This document shows positions 29,320 through 40,293 of a stretch of 64,000 nucleotides of DNA, piece by piece; the stretch's first letter is position 1; every line of letters starts with the position of its first letter. The notes below the pieces were generated by a model. The model was not told where the DNA came from and did no database searches. It saw only the letters and a list, made by a program, of their open reading frames with translations. Origin of the DNA: an uncultured delta proteobacterium (lineage in GTDB: Bacteria > Desulfobacterota > Desulfomonilia > Desulfomonilales > Desulfomonilaceae). The position numbers and the translations under genes are program-made. The DNA is taken from contig CAWBKB010000001.1 in the NCBI GenBank assembly GCA_963789265.1, positions 1,856,001-1,920,000 of the forward strand, given 5' to 3'.

Positions 29320-30405
29320 CTAGTGTCCTGTCCCATTAATAAGTTTGCATATTTTCTCGACCTTTCTAAGGATTGAATCCGCTGTGGCCGTCCACACGAA
29401 AGGTCGTGCGTCTTGGTTATAGTTCTTCACGAAGTCTTCAATGCGTTCAACGAGTTGTTTGGTACCTGTAAAGGACCCTCGAACTATGGCCCGCTGGGAG
29501 ATTACCCCAAACCATCGTTCGACCTGATTAAGCCAGGATGCATACGTAGGTGTGTAATGAACGGAAAATCTAGGGTGGCTGGCGAGCCAGTTTTTGACCT
29601 TGTGGTGCTTGTGAGTGCAGTAGTTGTCTACAATAAGGTGCACGTTGAGGTCAGCCGGTACGTTTTTGTCCACCCGTTTGAGGAAACTAAGGAACTCCTG
29701 ATGCCTGTGTCGCTGTTTACACTCTGTGATCACTTGCCCGGTTGCCACGTCCAAAGCTGTAAAGAGCGTGGTGGTGCCATGGCGAAGGTAGTCATGGGTG
29801 ACTCCGTCCACATACCCGAGCCCCAAAGGCAACACAGGTTGACTACGCTCCAGAGCCTGGATCTGGGTCTTCTCGTCCACAGACAGTACCAGGGCCTTGT
29901 CCGGTGGATTCAGGTACAGTCCCACAATATCCCGAACTTTTTCTACAAACTGAGGGTCCGTAGAAAGCTTAAACGATTTAGTGAGATGCGGCTTAATACC
30001 AAAAAGATCCATACACCTTTGCACCGCACTCTTGGAGATTCCGGTCGAGCGCTCCAGACTTCTCATAGTCCATCGATTCCCTTGCGTCGGAGCGGTCTCC
30101 AGGACTGTTTGCAGCAATTGCGCTACCTTCTCGTCGTCATGATCCCTGGGCCGTCCCGGACGTTGCTCCCCATACAGCCCCGCAAGTCCCTGCTCGAGAA
30201 AACGCCTTCGCCAATGGGTTACCGTGCCACCGGATATCCCCAAACGCTGGGCAATAGACGTGTTCGATTCTCCTTCGGACGAGGCCAGAATGATTTGCGC
30301 CCTACGGACAACCCCGTGCCGCGACGTTCGAGATCTGGTCAAATTCTGCAACTCTTTACGCTCCAAATCCGAAAGGACGATTTCCTGTTTCTTGGGACGC
30401 CCCAT
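29320..30405 (-). CDS. IS630 family transposase
   Basis: HTH N-terminus; SVDEKTQIQAL, YLRHGT, IVDNYCTHK, SWLNQVERWF DDE motifs; stop codon lies in the IR/target site. Confidence 0.95.
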   Translation of the reverse strand: MGRPKKQEIVLSDLERKELQNLTRSRTSRHGVVRRAQIILASSEGESNTSIAQRLGISGGTVTHWRRRFLEQGLAGLYGEQRPGRPRDHDDEKVAQLLQTVLETAPTQGNRWTMRSLERSTGISKSAVQRCMDLFGIKPHLTKSFKLSTDPQFVEKVRDIVGLYLNPPDKALVLSVDEKTQIQALERSQPVLPLGLGYVDGVTHDYLRHGTTTLFTALDVATGQVITECKQRHRHQEFLSFLKRVDKNVPADLNVHLIVDNYCTHKHHKVKNWLASHPRFSVHYTPTYASWLNQVERWFGVISQRAIVRGSFTGTKQLVERIEDFVKNYNQDARPFVWTATADSILRKVEKICKLINGTGH

Positions 30406-30494
30406 AAGCTTTCGTGCCTCCCTCAGTGATGAGTGGGCACGAATGTAGCAGAAGTCCCTCGCTTTCGCGAGTTATTTGTGGGACAGGACACTAG
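29320..30494 (-). mobile_element. IS630 family insertion sequence
   Basis: Perfect 16-bp IR CTAGTGTCCTGTCCCA (29320-29335) and TGGGACAGGACACTAG (30479-30494), including the TA target duplication. Confidence 0.92.
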
Positions 30495-30693
30495 TTCGCT
30501 CCCAAATGAATGGGAATCGGCATTTAGCAAACGGCACTGACCTTGCACTATGAGGGTGCTCAGGTCAGTGGCACCCAACATCCATCCTTGAGATTCCGGG
30601 TGCCATTCCGCCTCCCGTGGTGGCTTTGTCAGATCTGCGCTGCATCTATCGTTTGATCGCGAACCGTATCACTTGCTTGAGAGCGAATTCGTA

Positions 30694-32388
30694 TTATTTA
30701 TTGAGTTCTTCGTCGAGCAGGACCCTTCGGAGCACCTTTCCCACGCCGCTCATGGGAAGGGTCTCTCTAAAATCTATATATTGGGGAACCTTGTAAGAAG
30801 AGATTTTATCCTTGGCCCAGCCTGTGATATCCTCGGCTTCGATCTTTCCTTGGAATTCCGGTCTCAAAACCACAAATGCCTTGATTGCTTCGCCCTTCTT
30901 CTCATCCGGGATTCCAATCACAGCGGCATTTTCCACTGCTTCGTGGCGGACAAGGAACGTTTCAACCTCTTCCGGGAACACGCTGAAGCCGGAGGTTTTG
31001 ATCATTTCCTTGCGTCTTCCAAGATAATATAGGTATCCGTCTTCATCGAACTTCCCCATGTCTCCCGTATATACCCACCCATCGACAATGGAGTTTTTCG
31101 TTTCATCGGGCTTATTCCAATAACCTTTCAGAACCGACGGGTTATTTAATACAATTTCACCCATCTCTCCGATGGGGACCTCACGGGTCTTGTCTTCAAA
31201 GGCGACAATCTTGATATCCTGTCCGGGGATAGGAATGCCCTGGCAGCCGGGCACATATTTCGGCTTGTTGAGAGGCATGAAGGTATCGAACGTGTGCGTT
31301 TCTGTGAGGCCGTACGCGGCTTCCACCAAGACACAGCCGCCGGTGTCCGCTTGCCAGCGGTTCGCGATTTCCTCGGTGAGCTGGACCCCGAAGCTTACTG
31401 TCAGGCATAATTTGAGAGAAGAAAGATCGTAATTCTTCCTTTCAGGGTGATTCATAATCCCAATGTTCATGGGCACGGTGGCCTGGAAAAACTCAAGCTT
31501 GTATCTATCGATGGCCTGCATGGCCGCCACCGGATCAAACATTACCATAAGGACTTGTGTGGCCCCTTGGGCAATCATCGTATCCACGCTGCCCAGCATT
31601 CCCGCGATATGGAAGGTGGGAAGCGTCGCAAGGCTGGAGAAGCTGTCACCTTTGTGACCGAGAAAAGCCATGTTTGCGCTGATAATGTTCGACAGGACCG
31701 AAACCTTGAACAGTTTTGATTCGTGGGTCAGGATTGCACCTTTGGGAAGCCCTGTAGTACCACCTGTGTACTGGAGTTGGACAATGTCATCGAGACCGAC
31801 ATCGACCTCGACGGGCTCCGAGGAGTAGCGGCACAGAATGTCCATAAACTCGGTCGTATTTGGATGGGTCACTTTCGGCAAGTTCATCATGGGCGCCAGG
31901 TTCATCGTCGGCACTTCGGGGAGAAAATCATGCAGACTGGTGACGACGATTCTTTCCATTGAGCATTCATCACACGCACCGACCGCCACGGGATACAGGA
32001 GATCGAGGGAGACAATAGCCTGGGCGCCGGCGTCGCTCAGTTCATGGACAAGCTCCCACTCTTTGAACAAGGGGCTGCACGGAACGACCACTCCGCCCAT
32101 TTTATTAATGCCGTAATGAGCAATATGATACTGAGGGCAGCTAGGAAGAAAAAGCGCAATGCGGTCCCCCTTCTTGAGGCCCGTATCGATCAAGAACCGG
32201 GCAAACTGTTCCGACATTTGGTCCAGTTCCCGATAGGTCAGGTGTTTGCCGTAAAAGACAATGGCTGTCCTATCGGGGAAAACTTTGGCATTGTCCCGAA
32301 GATATTCGAAAACAGGCTTTTTGCCTTGAGGATAATCCACCTCAATTCCAACATAATCGGGCCAGTCTTTCATCCATACGTGCTGCAT
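30694..32388 (-). CDS. Long-chain-fatty-acid--CoA ligase family protein
   Basis: QYTGGTTGLPKG, YGLTE, YTGD, GKVLRR. Confidence 0.92.
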   Translation of the reverse strand: MQHVWMKDWPDYVGIEVDYPQGKKPVFEYLRDNAKVFPDRTAIVFYGKHLTYRELDQMSEQFARFLIDTGLKKGDRIALFLPSCPQYHIAHYGINKMGGVVVPCSPLFKEWELVHELSDAGAQAIVSLDLLYPVAVGACDECSMERIVVTSLHDFLPEVPTMNLAPMMNLPKVTHPNTTEFMDILCRYSSEPVEVDVGLDDIVQLQYTGGTTGLPKGAILTHESKLFKVSVLSNIISANMAFLGHKGDSFSSLATLPTFHIAGMLGSVDTMIAQGATQVLMVMFDPVAAMQAIDRYKLEFFQATVPMNIGIMNHPERKNYDLSSLKLCLTVSFGVQLTEEIANRWQADTGGCVLVEAAYGLTETHTFDTFMPLNKPKYVPGCQGIPIPGQDIKIVAFEDKTREVPIGEMGEIVLNNPSVLKGYWNKPDETKNSIVDGWVYTGDMGKFDEDGYLYYLGRRKEMIKTSGFSVFPEEVETFLVRHEAVENAAVIGIPDEKKGEAIKAFVVLRPEFQGKIEAEDITGWAKDKISSYKVPQYIDFRETLPMSGVGKVLRRVLLDEELNK

Positions 32389-32434
32389 CTCGGAACCTCC
32401 TTGCCTCGCCGGGGAGCCTCGGGACTCTTGATCT

Positions 32435-32511
32435 AATCCACAGATTGAGCAGATTCACGCAGACAAAAAAGACAATACTTCAATCTGCGGCATCTGTGTC
32501 ATCTGCGGATT
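32435..32511. repeat. Intergenic palindromic repeat (CAGAT/ATCTG-type hairpin)
   Basis: AATCCACAGATTGAGCAGAT... paired with ...ATCTGTGTCATCTGCGGATT. Confidence 0.55.
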
Positions 32512-32550
32512 CGTTTACAAAGTCCCGATCTCCCGGCAGCGAGCCAACAC

Positions 32551-33754
32551 TCAGACCGCCCGCTCGATGATTGTCGCTACACCTTGGCCGCCGCCTACAC
32601 ACGCGTTGGCGCAGCCGTACCGTCCATTGTTCTGCTCCAGTATGCGGGCCAGAGTTCCTACCAGCCGAATCCCCGTCGCACCCAGAGCATGCCCGATGGC
32701 GACTCCTCCCCCCTTGACGTTAACCTTTTCCGGATCTATCCCCAACTCTTTGATGCAGTTCAGAGCCACAACGGAAAATGCCTCGTTTATCTCCCAGTAA
32801 TCAATGTCCTTGGCCTGGAGCCCTGCCTTTTGAAGTGCTTTTTGGCTGGCAGGCACCGGCCCCGCGCCCATAATCGTGGGATCTACCCCCGCGAATCCGA
32901 TGGACTTTATAGTAGCCAAGGGCTTGATCCCCTTTGCCTGAGCCGCTTCCTTTGACATCAAGATCATGGATGAAGCGGCCGCATTGAGCGGAGATGAATT
33001 CCCCGCGGTTATCTGATGGTCCTTCTTGTACGCAGGTGAGAGCTTTGCCAAGCCCTCGAGGGTCGTATCCGCTCGGTACAGCCTGATCCGTCTTCACGGT
33101 AAGAGTCGTACCGTCCGCCTGGGGCGCGTCTATGGGTAGTATCTCTCCATCAAAGAAACCATCTGCCTGTGCCTTAGCGGCGCGGTGGTGAGATCGCAGG
33201 GACCATTTGTCCATATCTTCCCTGGTCAGGCCGGACTGAAGGAGCAGCTTCTGGGCTGTAAGCCCCATATTCAGAGTGGTCATCATGTCCCAGTGCAGGT
33301 ACTCCGGAGCAGAGAATAACGCCAAATTGGGGGCGATCAACCCACCTTCCGTGGTCGATTGCCCCATTGGAATCCTCGTCATGTGCTCCATCCCGCCCAC
33401 CATGACGATATCGGCATTACCCGTGCCAACCTCAAGAAAACCCACGTGTATCGCGGCCATTGAGGAACCGCACTGCTGGTCCACAAACTTTGCCGCAACC
33501 GTCTTGGGGAAATTGGCCAAAAAGATCGGGAAACGACCGCCATAAGCCCATTGCTCACCGACCGCGGTGGCGCACCCTACTATGAAATCGTCGATTTCCT
33601 CGGGGTTAATCCCTGTTCTCTTGGCAACTTCAGGGAGCAACTTGGCCAACATTTCATCGGCCCGCATCTTGCCGAATACGTCCCTGGCCGGATCTTTAGG
33701 CCGCGAGCGGGATTGAGCTGTCCTCAAGTATCCTGCTATTACTACTTCTCTCAT
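32551..33754 (-). CDS. Acetyl-CoA C-acyltransferase (FadA-type thiolase); +1 frameshift near 33075, probably a sequencing error
   Basis: QQCGSS in the N-part; NEAF, GHALGATG, ACVGGGQG in the C-part; removing one base from GTACCGAGCG restores DQAVRADTTLEGLAKL. Confidence 0.88.
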
Positions 33755-33837
33755 CTGAGTCTCTCCTTCATCAGTTATGAATTTGCTGTCTCAACTAAGA
33801 GCTGTGTTTCATAAGTTCGGTCGCGAAGCTGACGAAT

Positions 33838-33912
33838 GAGATTGCTTCGCTACGCTCGCAATGACAGGTGGTGGCAATGTCATTGCGAGGAGTGAAACGA
33901 CGAAGCAATCTC
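33838..33912. repeat. Intergenic palindromic element (GTCATTGCGAG/GAAGCAATC type)
   Basis: GAGATTGCTTCG...CTCGCAATGACA...TGTCATTGCGAG...CGAAGCAATCTC inverted repeat. Confidence 0.7.
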
Positions 33913-34028
33913 CGCTTCGGAAATACGCAACCAAATTTAGGAAATCCTGTGCTAAATGACGCTATTTGGCCGTCGGTGCCGGTTAGACATAAACGAGCGC
34001 CAATCACGGCCTTTATCCAGAGCCCCCG

Positions 34029-35834
34029 TCAGTCGTCGAAGACCGCGCTGCTCATATCCACTGTCAGGCCGTCGGACTCCATCAGCCTCCCGACTAAACC
34101 GTAGGTCTTGGGCACTTCATAATGAAAGTAGTACCGCATGGTATGAAGCTTGCCCTCGTAAAATTGTCTGTCCAGAGCAGAGCAACCGGCTTCCAACGCC
34201 CTCTTGGCCGATACACCTTGAGCCAGCCACTGCCACGCAACCGCGATGATTCCGAAGAATTCAAGGTAGAGCGTGGCATCCGCGAGAAACTTCTCCACAT
34301 CTCCCTGCAGAGCAAATTGTGCTCGGTGCAACGTGACTTTCTGAAGCTCGCCCAGGGCTTCTGTTAATCGTTCGGCATAGGTGCTGAGTTCCTGGTGCTC
34401 CATAGCAGCTTGGATAGTGGCCTGCACCGCCTCGAGATAGAGCCGCAGGGCCTTCCCATCCTTCATGACTACTTTGCGCCCGAGCAAATCCAGGGCCTGG
34501 ATGCCGGTAGTTCCTTCGTGAATAGGGTGTATCCTGATGTCGCGGTAGTATTGCTCGATCGGGAATTCCTGGCAGTATCCGTAGCCACCGAGTATCTGGA
34601 GTCCCTGGCTTACCGATATTATTCCATTTTCAGAAGGGTAGCTCTTTGCCACGGGCGTCAGCAGGTCGAGCAACAGCTCGTACCGTGCTTTTTGCGCTGC
34701 ATCTTCGGTCATACACAGGTCCGTGTATAAGGCGCATTGAAGAATCAGAGATAGAGAACCTTCCGTCACAGCCCTCTGGAAGAGGAGCATTCTTCTCACA
34801 TCCGCATGCTCTATGATAGGGATCTGAGGAAGTGTCGGGTCCTTGCTCGACAACCTGCGGCCTTGCGGCCTCTCTTTGGCATAATCCAGCGCGGTGTAGT
34901 AGGCCGCGGAGGCAATGGCCGTGGCCTGCATGCCCACCCCTATGCGCGCTTCGTTCATCATTTGGAACATATATGAGAGGCCTTTGTGGGCTTCACCGAC
35001 CAGATAACCTCTGCAATCGTCGTTTTCCCCCATACTGAGCTGGGTAATGGGGCACCCTCGATAACCCAATTTATGATAGACCGTGGCAACGGTGACGTCG
35101 TTGGGTTCCAGAGTGCTGTCGCTCTTGAGCCTTTTCTTGGGAACCAGAAAGAGGGAAATGCCCCTGACGCCGAGCGGAGCGTCTTTGATCTTTGCCAGCA
35201 TCATGTGGATCACATTGTCCACACCGTCATGGTCACCAGCAGAGATGAATATCTTCTGGCCTCGAATCTTGTAGTACCCCTGATCTGTAGGGTCTGCTCG
35301 AGTAATGATATCTGAAAGAGAGCTTCCCGCCTGCGGCTCGGTGAGAGCCATGGTCCCCTGCCACTCCCCCGCAAGCATCCTCGGGACGTAGGTTTCTTTC
35401 ATCTCGTCAGAGCCGTGAGAGAGGATCAGGTGGGCAGCGCCCGTGGTCAACCCTGAAAAGCCGGTGGCCGCAAAATTAGCGGCTGCAAAGACATAATTGC
35501 AGGCCATGTGTACGCTGACAGGCAGTTGCTGTCCGCCTACGTCGTACGGCATGGCCGAAGAGATCCATCCGCCCTCCCCCCATTCCTTCATCATGGTCTT
35601 GACTATAGGATGAACCTTCACCTGGCCATTTTCTAATACCGGCGCCTTTTCATCCATTTCCCGCAAATAAGGATACATCAAGTTGCGAGCCAACTTCAGA
35701 GCGGTATCCATTACAAGATCGAAGGTCTCGCGGCTGTGGTCCTCAAAATATGGTAGCTTCGAGAGCTGTTCGACTTTATGAACTTCGTAAAGCAGAAAAT
35801 CCAGATTTCTCTTGCTGACAAACTTTTCCGCCAT
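34029..35834 (-). CDS. Acyl-CoA dehydrogenase (long, ~600 aa type)
   Basis: GTMALTEPQAGS, GQKIFIS, MMNEARI, GGYGY, IHEGTTGIQALDL; SD aaggagg. Confidence 0.93.
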   Translation of the reverse strand: MAEKFVSKRNLDFLLYEVHKVEQLSKLPYFEDHSRETFDLVMDTALKLARNLMYPYLREMDEKAPVLENGQVKVHPIVKTMMKEWGEGGWISSAMPYDVGGQQLPVSVHMACNYVFAAANFAATGFSGLTTGAAHLILSHGSDEMKETYVPRMLAGEWQGTMALTEPQAGSSLSDIITRADPTDQGYYKIRGQKIFISAGDHDGVDNVIHMMLAKIKDAPLGVRGISLFLVPKKRLKSDSTLEPNDVTVATVYHKLGYRGCPITQLSMGENDDCRGYLVGEAHKGLSYMFQMMNEARIGVGMQATAIASAAYYTALDYAKERPQGRRLSSKDPTLPQIPIIEHADVRRMLLFQRAVTEGSLSLILQCALYTDLCMTEDAAQKARYELLLDLLTPVAKSYPSENGIISVSQGLQILGGYGYCQEFPIEQYYRDIRIHPIHEGTTGIQALDLLGRKVVMKDGKALRLYLEAVQATIQAAMEHQELSTYAERLTEALGELQKVTLHRAQFALQGDVEKFLADATLYLEFFGIIAVAWQWLAQGVSAKRALEAGCSALDRQFYEGKLHTMRYYFHYEVPKTYGLVGRLMESDGLTVDMSSAVFDD

Positions 35835-35844
35835 GTGGCCTCCT

Positions 35845-37974
35845 TCATGCCGGGTAAAAGGTCCTTTTCGATTCGGCCATCTCTTTGAGGAGCGCTGCCG
35901 GCTGAAACCGCTGCCCGTACTGATTGGTAAGGTCAACAAGTTTGTTGTACACGTTGGCGATTCCCCACTTGTCCGCGTAACGGAATATGCCGCCCCGGTA
36001 AGGAGGGAACCCGGTGCCGTAGATCATTGCCAGATCCATGTCCTGGGGCCGGTCGCATACTCCCTGCTCCATCATCAGCGCAGCCTCGTTTATCCCCAGC
36101 GCAAGCATGGTATCTACGATCTCCTGATCCGAGACCTTCTTAGGAGTGGTCCCTTTATCCTTCAAATAGCCTTGGATAATGTCCACAACCTTTTGATTCG
36201 GTACCGGCTTCGGCCCGGTGTAGTCCATGTAACCCGCGCCGGTCTTTCTTCCGTAGCAGCCGGTCTGATAGATCAACTCAGTGAGAGGGTGAATCTTGTA
36301 CCTCTCCCCCAGCCTCTTCTCGAAAGTCTTGTTCACGTGGTGGTTGATGTCGATGCCGGTGAGATCGGAAAGCTCCGCGGGGCCCATGGGCATGCCGAAA
36401 TCCTTCATCACCCTTTCTATCTGATTCCCGTCCACACCGTCCGCAATCAGGTGTATGCTCCCGCCGAACAGCCCCCCAAGTTGCCTGGATACGTAAAAAC
36501 CGGGTGCGTCATTGACAACAATGGGTATTTTCTTGATCGCGCGGGCAAAGGCCACGGATGAAGCAAGAGTCTGATCCGAGGTCTTTTCGGCGCAGATAAT
36601 CTCTAAAAGCTGCATGCGGTGGGCCGGATTGAAGAAATGCAGCCCGATCATTCGCCCCGGATCATCCAATACAGATGCCATTTCGGTAATGGGGAGCGCT
36701 GAGGTGTTGGTGGCAAATATGGTTTCGGGTCGGCAGATACCCTCGAGCTTCTTCCATACATCCTGCTTGACCTTAATGTCCTCCAGTACCGCCTCGACGA
36801 TCAGGTCCGAGTCTTTAGCACCCTCGAGGGAAATGGTGGTCTTCAACTTCTTTTCGATCAGAGCATCCAAGTCGGCCTGGCTCATTTTCTTGTTTTTGAC
36901 GGCAAACTCAAAGGTCTTCCGGACGGATGCCACGCCTTTGTTCAGAGCCTCCTGGTTGATGTCCCACAGTGTTGTATCAAAGCCGGCTGAGAGCATCAGG
37001 TTGACGATACCCGAACCCATGACTCCGCCGCCCAACATGGTCACCTTTTGGATCTTGGCGGGCTCAATACCCTCGATTCGCGAGAGTCTGCCCGCGCTTC
37101 GGGTGTTTAAGAATATGCCAATTAGGTTCTTGGCCACGTCTGAAACCGCACAATCGCAGAACAGATCGGCCTCCCGATCAATGTCAGCCTCGATGTTGAA
37201 GGAAAGGCCCTTTTCTATTGCATCGATTGCTTTGAACGGTGCAATGTAACCTTTGGCCTTGCTCATGGCCATGAATCTGGCACCGTTGGCCATGGCCGTG
37301 AGTTCGGCCGCGCTGGGGAGACGGTTGTACCTGAAACGGGTCCGCTTATTATCGAGCAATTTAGGGGTCGAGGTAAACTTCGCGGCCGCGCTTAGCGCCG
37401 CTTGTACCAAATTCTCCGGATCCGCCACCTCGTCAATGAGCCGTCTGGACAAGGCCCTATGCGCATCAATGGGCTTCCCTACGGTAATCATCTCGAGCGC
37501 ATTTGGGAGCCCAATGAGCCGCGGTAGACGTTGAGTCCCTCCCGCACCGGGGATAAGCCCCACCTGAACCTCCGGCTGCCCGAGTTGAACACCCTTGGAC
37601 GCTATCCTGTAATGACAAGCCATCGCGATCTCAAGCCCGCCCCCCAAGGCATTGCCGTTGATTGCCGCAATCACGGGTTTGGGCCCCATCTCGATCTGGT
37701 TCAGAAAGGCGGACATTGCTCTAACTTTCGGAAGCATGGCGGCCTTTTCCTTCACCTTGTAGACTTCCGTGAGGTCGGCACCGGCTATGAAGTTCCTCCC
37801 CGTACCGGTAAGCACTACGGCTTTGATCTCAGGGTCCTCGAAACCGCCGGTTATGCCCTCCACCAACTCCATCACGAAATGCTCTGAAAGCTGGTTCACA
37901 GGAGGATTGCTCATGAAGAGAACTGCCACACCGTCCCGAATCTCAACTCTTAAATTGCTGAAATCAGTCTTCAC
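35845..37974 (-). CDS. Multifunctional enoyl-CoA hydratase / 3-hydroxyacyl-CoA dehydrogenase (FadB/FadJ-like)
   Basis: FIAGAD, ALGGGLE, PEVQVGLIPGAGGTQ, GGGVMGSG, ATNTS, HFFNP. Confidence 0.93.
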   Translation of the reverse strand: MKTDFSNLRVEIRDGVAVLFMSNPPVNQLSEHFVMELVEGITGGFEDPEIKAVVLTGTGRNFIAGADLTEVYKVKEKAAMLPKVRAMSAFLNQIEMGPKPVIAAINGNALGGGLEIAMACHYRIASKGVQLGQPEVQVGLIPGAGGTQRLPRLIGLPNALEMITVGKPIDAHRALSRRLIDEVADPENLVQAALSAAAKFTSTPKLLDNKRTRFRYNRLPSAAELTAMANGARFMAMSKAKGYIAPFKAIDAIEKGLSFNIEADIDREADLFCDCAVSDVAKNLIGIFLNTRSAGRLSRIEGIEPAKIQKVTMLGGGVMGSGIVNLMLSAGFDTTLWDINQEALNKGVASVRKTFEFAVKNKKMSQADLDALIEKKLKTTISLEGAKDSDLIVEAVLEDIKVKQDVWKKLEGICRPETIFATNTSALPITEMASVLDDPGRMIGLHFFNPAHRMQLLEIICAEKTSDQTLASSVAFARAIKKIPIVVNDAPGFYVSRQLGGLFGGSIHLIADGVDGNQIERVMKDFGMPMGPAELSDLTGIDINHHVNKTFEKRLGERYKIHPLTELIYQTGCYGRKTGAGYMDYTGPKPVPNQKVVDIIQGYLKDKGTTPKKVSDQEIVDTMLALGINEAALMMEQGVCDRPQDMDLAMIYGTGFPPYRGGIFRYADKWGIANVYNKLVDLTNQYGQRFQPAALLKEMAESKRTFYPA

Positions 37975-38946
37975 TTCTATTTGCTCCTTTCGCCAGGCCC
38001 GTCCACCGTCGTGCTTGCGGACCTGTTATCGTGGGAAAAGCTGTTTTTGGATGAACGTGCGACTCGAATGAAACTCAGACTTGCCCTGGCATCGCATTAA
38101 GTATATCCAAGAGCGGTATTGATGATTATGAATCCGTTAATCCACGGATTGTCTTGATTCACAAAGGCGAGTCAGCTTGTGCCGCCCTTTTCGTTGCCGC
38201 TACTTTCTCCCTCTACGCTTCCGTGGAGGGGAGAAGCCCCATGTTGTCCAAAGGATGGGAGCACAGAAGAAAGTTCGGAGAAAGACGCGACTCTTACGCC
38301 GACCCCTGTGCTGCTCCGCAGGATCACACTTTACGAAAATAATCTTGATGGGCGAATCTTGTTCAATGGAGATAAACTCCTGCGGCAAACATTCCCCCAC
38401 GCTTGACAAAAAGATGTTAGCACGATAATGGAATGAAAGTAAAGGAAAATAGTTTTCCGAATGCTATTCTGCCAATCGCCTGAACGAACTCGGATTTATA
38501 TAATAAAGACCGATACATGGCAGATTAGGTCTTTTGGAGCTAGGCCGGCCTTTTGTACCGAAGCCCGGACCCGGCATACCTGCCGATCGCAGCTCTAAAA
38601 GAGATTTCCACTGAGTGGCCGCACTTCTGCGGACGTTGCGGAAAGTGAAAGGACGCGGGAATTCCCGGCCACGCTCCTCGTGGCAACTACTCGGCCTCTC
38701 TGATGACCGGGCAGCGACGAGCCGAAGGTAGAGGCACTGTCAGATAGAGGGTATTTGTGAATGGCATTTTCGTGCCATGGTCACGAACGCTACTCGGGAT
38801 CTACAGGGACGTGGAACCCAGGGAGACAAAGGGTGACGGGACGCGGCATAAAACCAATGCGCCATCAAACAAGCGACCATCCCAGCGAGGATATGGTGGG
38901 GCATCCCGTGCGGGACGCGGGACCGCGTGCGCGGGCATGACAACAT

Positions 38947-38975
38947 GTAGGGGCGGGTTTGAAACCCGCCCCTAC
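38947..38975. repeat. GTAG-type REP hairpin, copy 1
   Basis: GTAGGGGCGGGTTTGAAACCCGCCCCTAC. Confidence 0.8.
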
Positions 38976-39061
38976 CATACTGTCCCACTAAAAACACGGA
39001 ATCACTTGTTTGAAAGTGAATCGGTATAAGATATTTATCATTCTAATGGAAGGAGACGATC

Positions 39062-40216
39062 ATGGCCAAGCGAACACTGAAAACGAACCTCTGTGACATG
39101 CTGGGAATCGAGTATCCGATCCTGAGCGCGGGAATGGGGCCTACACTAATAGGGGAAAATACCGGAGCGCCCGTGGAACTGGTTATAGCCGTGTCGGAGG
39201 CTGGGGGGCTCGGGGTACTTGGTGGAAGCGGATTTACGGTTGAGGAACTTCGTACGGCTATCCGGGAGATCAAGGCCAGGACTGATAAGCCATTCGGTGT
39301 CGATCTGCTTCTGCCCAAAAGTGTGGCTTCTACACCGGCTGAAGAATCAGAAGGCCCTGATGAGTTGCCGCTCAGTCAAATTCTCAAGACCCTGCCCAAG
39401 CCTCACCAGCAGTGGATCGAAAAGGTGAAGGCCGACATGGGGCTCCCCGATGTGGAGGTCATGATAAAGCGGAATACCACCACCAGGCGGCCAAAGGAGT
39501 CCATCCAGGTCTGTATCGAGGAACGGATACCTCTTTTTTGCGCAGGTCTCGGAAATCCAGGATTTATGGTAGAGCAGGCGCACGCGGTCGGGATGAAGGT
39601 GCTCGGCATTACGGGCAACTCGAAGAACGCCCGGCGCATGGCCGAATCCGGCGTGGATCTGATTGTGGCCCAGGGATATGAAGGCGGAGGTCATACAGGA
39701 AGGATTGGGACTATGGCTTTGCTGCCTCAAGCAATCGACGCTGCCGCGCCCGTGCCGGTTTTGGGTGCCGGTGGTATAGGCGATGGCAGGGGCCTGGCCG
39801 CTGCACTGGCCATCGGCTGCATTGGCGTTTGGATTGGAACCCGTTTTCTCGCGACCAAGGAAGGTGGGGCGCTCGATACTAATAAACAGCGAATTATCAA
39901 CTCTACCGATGAGGATACCCGCGTCAGCACGGCCTATACCGGCAAGACCTTGCGAGCAAGCCTGAACGAGTTTCACAAGCTGTGGGACGCCTCGGGTCTC
40001 GAACCGCTCCCCTTCCCCACTCAAGTCTTGATTTCTTCTGCACTTCTCTGGAGCTTTGTTGAGGCCAACAAGATTGACTTTGTAGGAGGTCTTGCCGGAC
40101 AGGTCTCGGGGCTCATACACGAAATTAAGCCCGCAGGGCAGGTTCTCGAAGAAATGGTGGAAGAAGCGGTGGACATACTGACCAGAAAGTTGCCGGAAAC
40201 AGTGATTGCTCGATAA
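39062..40216 (+). CDS. Nitronate monooxygenase / FabK-like FMN oxidoreductase
   Basis: IEYPILSAGM, AGGLGVLG, QGYEGGGHTG, AGGIGDGRG, GTRF. Confidence 0.9.
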   Translation: MAKRTLKTNLCDMLGIEYPILSAGMGPTLIGENTGAPVELVIAVSEAGGLGVLGGSGFTVEELRTAIREIKARTDKPFGVDLLLPKSVASTPAEESEGPDELPLSQILKTLPKPHQQWIEKVKADMGLPDVEVMIKRNTTTRRPKESIQVCIEERIPLFCAGLGNPGFMVEQAHAVGMKVLGITGNSKNARRMAESGVDLIVAQGYEGGGHTGRIGTMALLPQAIDAAAPVPVLGAGGIGDGRGLAAALAIGCIGVWIGTRFLATKEGGALDTNKQRIINSTDEDTRVSTAYTGKTLRASLNEFHKLWDASGLEPLPFPTQVLISSALLWSFVEANKIDFVGGLAGQVSGLIHEIKPAGQVLEEMVEEAVDILTRKLPETVIAR

Positions 40217-40293
40217 GTCTTGGCGAAATGCTTTATCTTGAGCTTTCCTATTGGCCAAGAGATTTGAATAAACTGCGATAGTGAGGGTGCGGC

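Noticed and set aside
29413..30429. 338-aa antisense ORF (likewise 21189..22109, 39347..40258 and other long shadows)
   Set aside because: Antisense to well-supported genes with no recognisable motifs
38694..38736. Hammerhead ribozyme (CTGATGA core); HDV-like motif CACGCTCCTCGTG just upstream
   Set aside because: No GAAA plus stem III for a hammerhead, and no consistent P1/P2 pairing for an HDV-like fold
38553..38747. Possible small selenoprotein (...HFCGRCGK-TGA-KDAG...)
   Set aside because: Weak TTG start, no recognisable family, and the following hairpin is close to the UGA with no G in its loop; likely chance
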